DNA of 64,000 nt, taken from contig JBAMLY010000009.1 of NCBI GenBank assembly GCA_039794045.1, positions 38,609 through 102,608 on the forward strand, in the 5' to 3' direction. The notes beneath the pieces are model-generated. The model was not told where the DNA came from, did no database searches, and worked only from the letters and a program-made list of their open reading frames with translations. Below, piece after piece: positions 63,009-64,000 of the stretch. The DNA is from Candidatus Micrarchaeia archaeon. Lineage in GTDB: Archaea; Micrarchaeota; Micrarchaeia; Norongarragalinales; UBA8480. The translations under genes were made by a program, and so were the position numbers. Positions within the stretch are counted from its first letter, which is position 1. Every line of letters begins with the position of its first letter.

Positions 63009-63174
63009 GCCTCGCCTTCCTTAGTTTAGAGGCAAACAACTCGTAATCGTCTTTCTTTCCCGTCTCTTGCACGACGCCGTTGAAGCCGCACTCGCGGCAC
63101 TTGCAAGTAACGGCAGAGAGCCCGGAAGTAAAAATTATTTCAACTTCCCTTGAACCACACTTGGGACACAACAT
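62992..63174 (-). CDS. Small Zn-ribbon protein (60 aa)
   Basis: MLCPKCGS...CKCRECG: two CxxC pairs. Sits between pfdA and ftsY. Confidence 0.4.
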   Translation of the reverse strand: MLCPKCGSREVEIIFTSGLSAVTCKCRECGFNGVVQETGKKDDYELFASKLRKARRGRGN

Positions 63175-63180
63175 GCTTCA

Positions 63181-63645
63181 TCAGCGTTGGCGCGCCGCCT
63201 CCAACTCGGCGGCGGCACTCTGTATTTCGGTTGCCCTTTCGGCTACCGCAGCAAGGTTTTGCTGTAGTTCATTCAAGACCTTCTCTAACTCTGACTTTTT
63301 TTGTTCCAAGAACTTAGTGGCTTCGGGAATGCTCTTCTCGGAAAGCACACGCGCGCCAACTTCCACTAAAACTTTTTCAGAGCTCGCAACCCGTATCTTA
63401 GCGAACACGCCCGAACCAATTGGCATGAGGGAATCACTCATTTCCTTGAGCGCGGAAAGAGCCTTTATCGCCGCGTCGTTTTCTGCGTTGAGCTGGCTGG
63501 CGAGTTGCAGTTGCCTTTGCAGCTCGCTCGCCTGCTGCTGCAGGACTTCGTACTCGTAACCAAGCCGCTCAAGTTTTTCGTCGCTAGCGCCAAGCACGGC
63601 GCCGCCAACTGATTTCCTAGCTTTTCCAGCAGCCACTAAAACCAC
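63181..63645 (-). CDS. pfdA: Prefoldin alpha subunit
   Basis: Coiled coil, beta-hairpin region (PIGSGVFAKIRV...VLVEVGARV), coiled coil. Length about 150 aa. Confidence 0.8.
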   Translation of the reverse strand: MVLVAAGKARKSVGGAVLGASDEKLERLGYEYEVLQQQASELQRQLQLASQLNAENDAAIKALSALKEMSDSLMPIGSGVFAKIRVASSEKVLVEVGARVLSEKSIPEATKFLEQKKSELEKVLNELQQNLAAVAERATEIQSAAAELEAARQR

Positions 63646-63652
63646 CCTTTAA

Positions 63653-64000
63653 TCAAGACAATGCCTCGTAAACTCTTTGAACCTCGAAACCAGAAGTGAG
63701 TTGCCCCACCAGCGCCCCATTAGTGTTTGCGACTACCCCGAACGCGTTACACACAGAACCCATGTTGGAAGTCCCCCGCGCCCCGTGAACGCCAAAGATT
63801 TGAATCAAGCGCTTGAACTCTACATCGGTTACTTCGTTGAATGCAAGCAAGCCCTTGTTAGTCACAACGTTGAGCGACCCAACCACTCCCCTACTCGTAA
63901 TCGGTTGCTGGAAAACTTCTACGCCCAAGCAGTCGCCTATCCTCCGCGCGTCAGATGGGTGAATCGCTGGATTCAAGAGCGCCGCCTTGTCGTTGCACAA
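63653..64000 (-). CDS. eif6: Translation initiation factor 6 (aIF6), C-terminal part only; N-terminus lies beyond the window edge
   Basis: Pentein-repeat pattern (TNKGLLA, GTSNMGSVC, VANTNGALVG). Confidence 0.85.
   Translation of the reverse strand: MCNDKAALLNPAIHPSDARRIGDCLGVEVFQQPITSRGVVGSLNVVTNKGLLAFNEVTDVEFKRLIQIFGVHGARGTSNMGSVCNAFGVVANTNGALVGQLTSGFEVQRVYEALS

Overview
This is an archaeal chromosomal segment with about 55-60% GC and TGA/TAA/TAG stops. Many genes use GTG/TTG starts that overlap the upstream stop codon, so I often moved the ORF-track start. I could not run any search, so every family assignment rests on motifs I recognise in the translations.

Most of the window is densely packed housekeeping genes: Cdc48/VCP, a type IA topoisomerase, Rad50, the CCA-adding enzyme, Elp3, GatD/GatE, a LonB-like ATPase, AsnRS, Hsp20, an XPD helicase, HerA-NurA, Pth2, ABCE1 with Pelota, RFC small subunit, a MiaB-like methylthiotransferase, ThrRS, FtsY, prefoldin alpha and a partial aIF6. 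A 560-bp cluster holds three tRNA genes, all interrupted by introns, one of them (tRNA-Val) by two introns including a T-loop intron.

The accessory part, and the most interesting, is a ~13-kb archaeal type IV pilus locus at 38.1-50.9 kb. It encodes a PilB/FlaI-like ATPase, two PilC/TadC-like membrane proteins, at least 13 genes with class III (prepilin) signal peptides, a FlaK/PibD-type prepilin peptidase, and embedded membrane proteins of unknown role. Within it sit four tandem paralogous pilins that share a near-identical signal peptide, a conserved six-cysteine framework and a core that is variable and rich in N-glycosylation sequons.

Four more pilin-like genes, an extracytoplasmic CGPC thioredoxin-like protein and a transglutaminase-like protein lie at 0-12.4 kb. 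Together they suggest a disulfide-stabilised, glycosylated surface-filament or adhesin system.
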